From: Phoronis australis
Taxonomy: Eukaryota > Animalia > Phoronida
Assembly: GCA_002633005.1 (NCBI GenBank)
Contig: NMRA01000015.1
Coordinates: forward strand, 852,127 to 916,126
Length of the DNA: 64,000 bases
Direction: 5' to 3'
In this document: positions 60,401 to 64,000 of the stretch, one piece after another
Numbering within the stretch: the stretch's first letter is position 1
Layout of the letters: the number at the start of each line of letters is the position of its first letter
Notes under the pieces: model-generated
The model's input: only the letters and a program-made list of their open reading frames with translations
What the model was told of the DNA's origin: nothing
The model's database searches: none
Translations under genes and position numbers: made by a program

Positions 60401-63400
60401 CAAAATACTACCTGTGAAATCTGCCCTAGACTTGATGCAGTTGTGGAAAAACTAGAGCTGTTAACTTGCATGATTTCAAAAATTGAATTATTTCATGAGA
60501 CAAATTCAAAATCTAAATGTATCAGAAGTTGCTGTTATGGAACAGGTGTGTCTCACGTAATAGTTACTGTGTTTCTTTCTTAAGTATGAATTGTGCCAAT
60601 TTTTACCTGTAAAGGTGTTATTAAACAAACATTGTATCTAAAACTACTAACTTTTGACAAAGACCAACTTAGGGCTGTTCCAGCAAAATTTGTATGGGAG
60701 GGGGGGAAGGCACTTTTATTTCGTACCCACCGCCCATATTTTTCATTTATTTCTCCAACCCATGACCCATAATTTTTTAATTATTTTTAATAGGTTAGAA
60801 TATAAAATCCAACACTTGCAAACAAATTGCCTCCAGGAGGACCTGTTAAGAACTTAGATGATTGACAGACAAGAACTAGTTGTCTTGTCCAATATTGTCA
60901 AAAACTAAAGTAGCCTGTGAGCAATACTTTTGGCAGCCACCTGGTGTCTCTGTTCAACATGTGTCTATAATTTCAATGAACATTTTTTCAATTATAAGGA
61001 TCTATGAATCTCAAACTGTCTCCACGAACTCTTTTATACTTCTATGTCAAGTGAATATTGGAACTTGTTTATCTTACTCCTAATACTTTTTGTTTAAAAA
61101 TCATCAATTTTCTTATATGTGTTAACACCAGTTTAGTGTTGCATAACTTTTCAATTCAATAGGACTGCAGACAAACAGTTGGTTCAAATCAAGTTGCTCA
61201 TGACTTGATTAATGGCTTACTGAACATATCACACTCTGTTCAGTAGCAATATGGGCTTTTTTGTATTGGGATAAGTTAAGTTTTTACCGCTGAAGTAACC
61301 AACCAGTCAACATTAACAGGTCAAAAAATACCACCCATTTTAAATGCATCGCTTCTTACAGGAACGACCACCCATAATTTGAGTTTTTTTCTGAAGACCA
61401 CCAACCATGAATTTTTATTTCTACTGCCGTCCCCCCATCCCACACGGATTTTACTGGAACAGCCCTTAAAAGGTTACAAACTTGTGGCTCATGTTATCAA
61501 AGGTTGGAGTCCAGTCATAGCTAATACAGTTATAAACACATTGCAACTGCAAATTTTTTTGAGGAACAAAAACATTGCAAGTGGCATAAAATTCATAATT
61601 TTGGTATAATTCAAACTTAGCAATCATATTTTACGAGATATGTTACTGAATTTTGAGCAGATTAAAATGGAAGTTTCGACCATTTGAGCCGAATCCGGGC
61701 TTACAACCTTTGGTTTGAACTTGTTTCATATCACTTTAACGGATGATGTACTTTTGAGTTACTTATAAATGATGCATACATCTACACTTTGTTTCTGTAA
61801 CGTTACAGCGTTTCTTGTTTTCAGGTGATATTAGTCAACTGGTCAAGTCAGTCCATTTTAAAGATGGTCAAGTAGCTGCTGTATCAGATGATTGTACAGC
61901 TATGTCTAAACGTTTCAGTGTACGCAAGGTGAGACATTCAAGCTGACAGTCAGTTAAGCAGCTCCAACTAATATCAAATGCTATTAAATCTGAGTGGAAT
62001 TGAGTGCAAGAGTATTATGGCTAACAGTTGGATATGCCATTGTCTTGGCTACCACCCAGATTCATCTGTTGCATATGATTGGTTTAGGTTTGCGCCCAAC
62101 TCATTTTGAAACTTCCGTCTCGCTGTTTGAAAAAAGAATGATCCTGACCTGTTTCATTTGGCATCAGGTGATTTTGTTTTTGGAAGATGCCACATCAGAA
62201 CTTACAGCAATTTTCAAAAAAGTAGAGTCTGGCAAGAATCAATTTTCCTATTTTCTTTGGCCCCATCCTTGAATTTTCCACATTTTTACTTCTGGACACT
62301 GAAGTTCAGTTGTGCACCCACTCCCAATTTTTCCAGCTGGTGTGAAGGAATGTGCACCCTTGACTGTCAAAAGCATAGTTTCAATGGCCCATGTTCAGCT
62401 TGATGTGCACCCCCTTAATGTGGGAGAATTGCATTTCATTATGGGCATTAACTCAGACAAACAAACTGGAAATAACGATTGCACCAAATGTCAAATTTAT
62501 GAGATGGTGGCTTTTTTAAAACAGTTGTGATAGGCCTTTGTAGTTTGAGTTTTCATTTATTGAAATCAGCATAATGCTTTTGCACAAAATTAGCCAGCTG
62601 TCACATTTACACGCCTTTGTTTGCCTTATAATTGATTTGTTCTCTGTAATACTTTATGGGCTGTTGGTGTCTACTTGACAACCTGGATACCTGGAATTTT
62701 TTAATAGAAATCACCAAATGCCTTTAAGCTGGCCTCAGTAAACGCACCTCTGGCTTGTACTCCTGTGGTCAAATGTTACAACATTGATCATCCAGATAGT
62801 GGTAAACATTGATCATCCAGATAGTGGTAAAAATTGATCATCCAGATAGTGGTAAACATTGATCATCCAGGTAGTGGTAAACATTGATCATCCAGATAGT
62901 GGTAAACATTGATCATCCAGATAGTGGTAAACATTGATCATCCAGATAGTGGTAAACATTGATCATCCAGATAGTGGTAAACATTGATCATCCAGACAGT
63001 GGTTAACATTGATCATCCAGATAGTGGTAAACATTGATCATCCAGATAGTGGTAAACATTGATCATCCAGATAGTGGTAAACATTGGGACAAAAAGGAAA
63101 GCTGATCGAGCACTTGATCGATTGTGGGATTCTTTCTGGATTCTTGATTAGAGGACTCGTATCCCACAAATCCTTGCTTTGCAATGTGCTCACATCGATT
63201 TTTAGTGCTCGTAAAAAGGTCAATGAAGTGTTTGTTTCTTAGTTGGTTTTTTTTTGAGAAATTGACTTTCTGCCGAATAGAAATTTTTCTACCTGTAAAT
63301 GTTTTTGCAAGTCTCTTGGTCGAAAGGGTGATACTGAAAACTTCCGAGTCACTAATGCCAACTTTCATTCAGATTGTTGATTTGTTTTCCACAGAACTTT

Positions 63401-63561
63401 TACATGCATTATATCAACTTTGAACACAAAGCAGTGATCAAGATGGCTATACCGAAGACCACGTGCTCGTTCAATACGGGTGTGTTTGTGTTTGATGTCG
63501 ACCGGTGGAATGCCTTCGGCATCACTGAGAATCTCGAAAAGTGGATGAAGCTGAATTACAA
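54383..63561 (+). CDS. GLT8D1: Glycosyltransferase family 8 domain-containing protein (GLT8D1/2-like), 3' end outside window
   Basis: Exons 54383-54416, 56997-57107, 57841-58033, 59242-59359, 60128-60215, 61825-61928 and 63395-63561 splice in frame. N-terminal TM anchor, LGGMIAAINSI, NFARFYIP, YIDDD (DxD), TCSFNTGVFV, ITENLEKWMKLN. Confidence 0.88.
54864..55934. other. ~530-bp direct duplication joined by a single N; probable haplotype/assembly artefact
   Basis: 54864-55394 repeated from 55396, with N at 55395 and few differences. Confidence 0.7.
56997..57107 (+). CDS. GLT8D1: GLT8D exon encoding the type II transmembrane anchor
   Basis: CTACAG|GTATT ... GATACAG|GTAAG; IALVVIVWAAIVVYLWMYGPGYKGNCILPGCRDTDT. 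Confidence 0.8.
57841..58033 (+). CDS. GLT8D1: GLT8D exon
   Basis: PVHVCIAGEETTLGGMIAAINSIRSNAKGRVMFHLVTDQKSEQHLR; AG/GT. Confidence 0.9.
58101..58490. other. Assembly gap (390 N) within a polypurine GGGA/GA tract
   Basis: N run flanked by GA-rich low-complexity sequence at 58038-58690. Confidence 0.98.
59242..59359 (+). CDS. GLT8D1: GLT8D exon
   Basis: DWIGKTSLASVQYEIKVFPEEWLKDKIKVKGARPELASP; AG/GT. Confidence 0.88.
60128..60215 (+). CDS. GLT8D1: GLT8D exon with the DxD motif
   Basis: MNFARFYIPRLFPNLRGTVVYIDDDSVVQG; AG / GTAAG. Confidence 0.92.
60672..61465. mobile_element. PIF/Harbinger-type MITE
   Basis: TIRs GGGCTGTTCCAGCAAAAT / ATTTTACTGGAACAGCCC with TTA on both flanks. Confidence 0.75.
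61825..61928 (+). CDS. GLT8D1: GLT8D exon
   Basis: DISQLVKSVHFKDGQVAAVSDDCTAMSKRFSVRK; AG / GTGAG. Confidence 0.88.
62780..63086. repeat. 25-bp minisatellite, ~12 copies
   Basis: Unit AACATTGATCATCCAGATAGTGGTA, nearly perfect, no spacers. Confidence 0.95.
63395..63561 (+). CDS. GLT8D1: GLT8D exon
   Basis: NFYMHYINFEHKAVIKMAIPKTTCSFNTGVFVFDVDRWNAFGITENLEKWMKLNY; AG / GTATG. Confidence 0.92.
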
Positions 63562-64000
63562 GTATGTAAAGGCGTTACTAACTGCATCTGCCATCTTTAG
63601 TATCTTTTTCTTTCATTTTTTGTTCCTTTCTGTGTTTCTGATCTACCAGTGTTATACAATGCAGGTCCTGAGTCCTGGACAGCTTGTGAGTTAACTCCCA
63701 TGTAGCATTAGTGAGTTGACTCCCCTGCAACATTAGTCCTGTTTAGCACATTTTGTAAGTGTTGAGGGCTTTGGAGCATTATTTTGTTTCAAAGATTTTC
63801 GTTGCTGTAAGTCATGTTCACTGCCAAAAACAACTTTGTTCGCAAGCATCACTGCTCTTCTGCATCAAACTCATTGCCATGCTATGAACATTCCCACTAA
63901 ATAAGATTGGTCCTAACCCCAGTGGTTAAGGTAAACGGTGGGGTATGGAAAATTGAACTAGACCGTATTTATCCACCTTGGCTGAGTCGCACTCGGCTCA

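Noticed and set aside
62780-63086. 25-bp repeat array as a CRISPR array
   Set aside because: The units are contiguous with no unique spacers, there are no cas genes, and it lies in a eukaryotic intron. The same applies to the 37-bp array at 11185-11410.

Overview
Intron-rich animal genomic DNA. The repeat and gene content suggests a marine invertebrate, possibly a deuterostome, but this is inference. Three spliced genes can be built by hand from GT/AG boundaries. (1) A minus-strand modular C-type lectin/mucin gene (about 1800-22276, both ends unresolved) has four split CTLDs and at least 8 Ser/Thr-rich exons, all phase 1-1. It shows recent remodelling: a ~1.4-kb tandem exon/intron array, a CTLD cassette copied into one array unit, a probable solo LTR inserted exactly in a splice donor, and an in-frame TGA in one CTLD exon. 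(2) A complete 9-exon minus-strand HUNK-like AMPK-related kinase (31985-47716, about 750 aa). (3) A divergently oriented plus-strand GLT8D1-like glycosyltransferase (about 54383-63561) that runs off the window. Introns and intergenic DNA carry Kolobok-like TTAA elements with a THAP fossil, nested Helentron/DINE-1-like elements, MITEs, LINE remnants and minisatellites. There are also several assembly artefacts (single-N duplications and a 390-N gap). No prokaryotic-type system, CRISPR array, rRNA or intact tRNA was seen.
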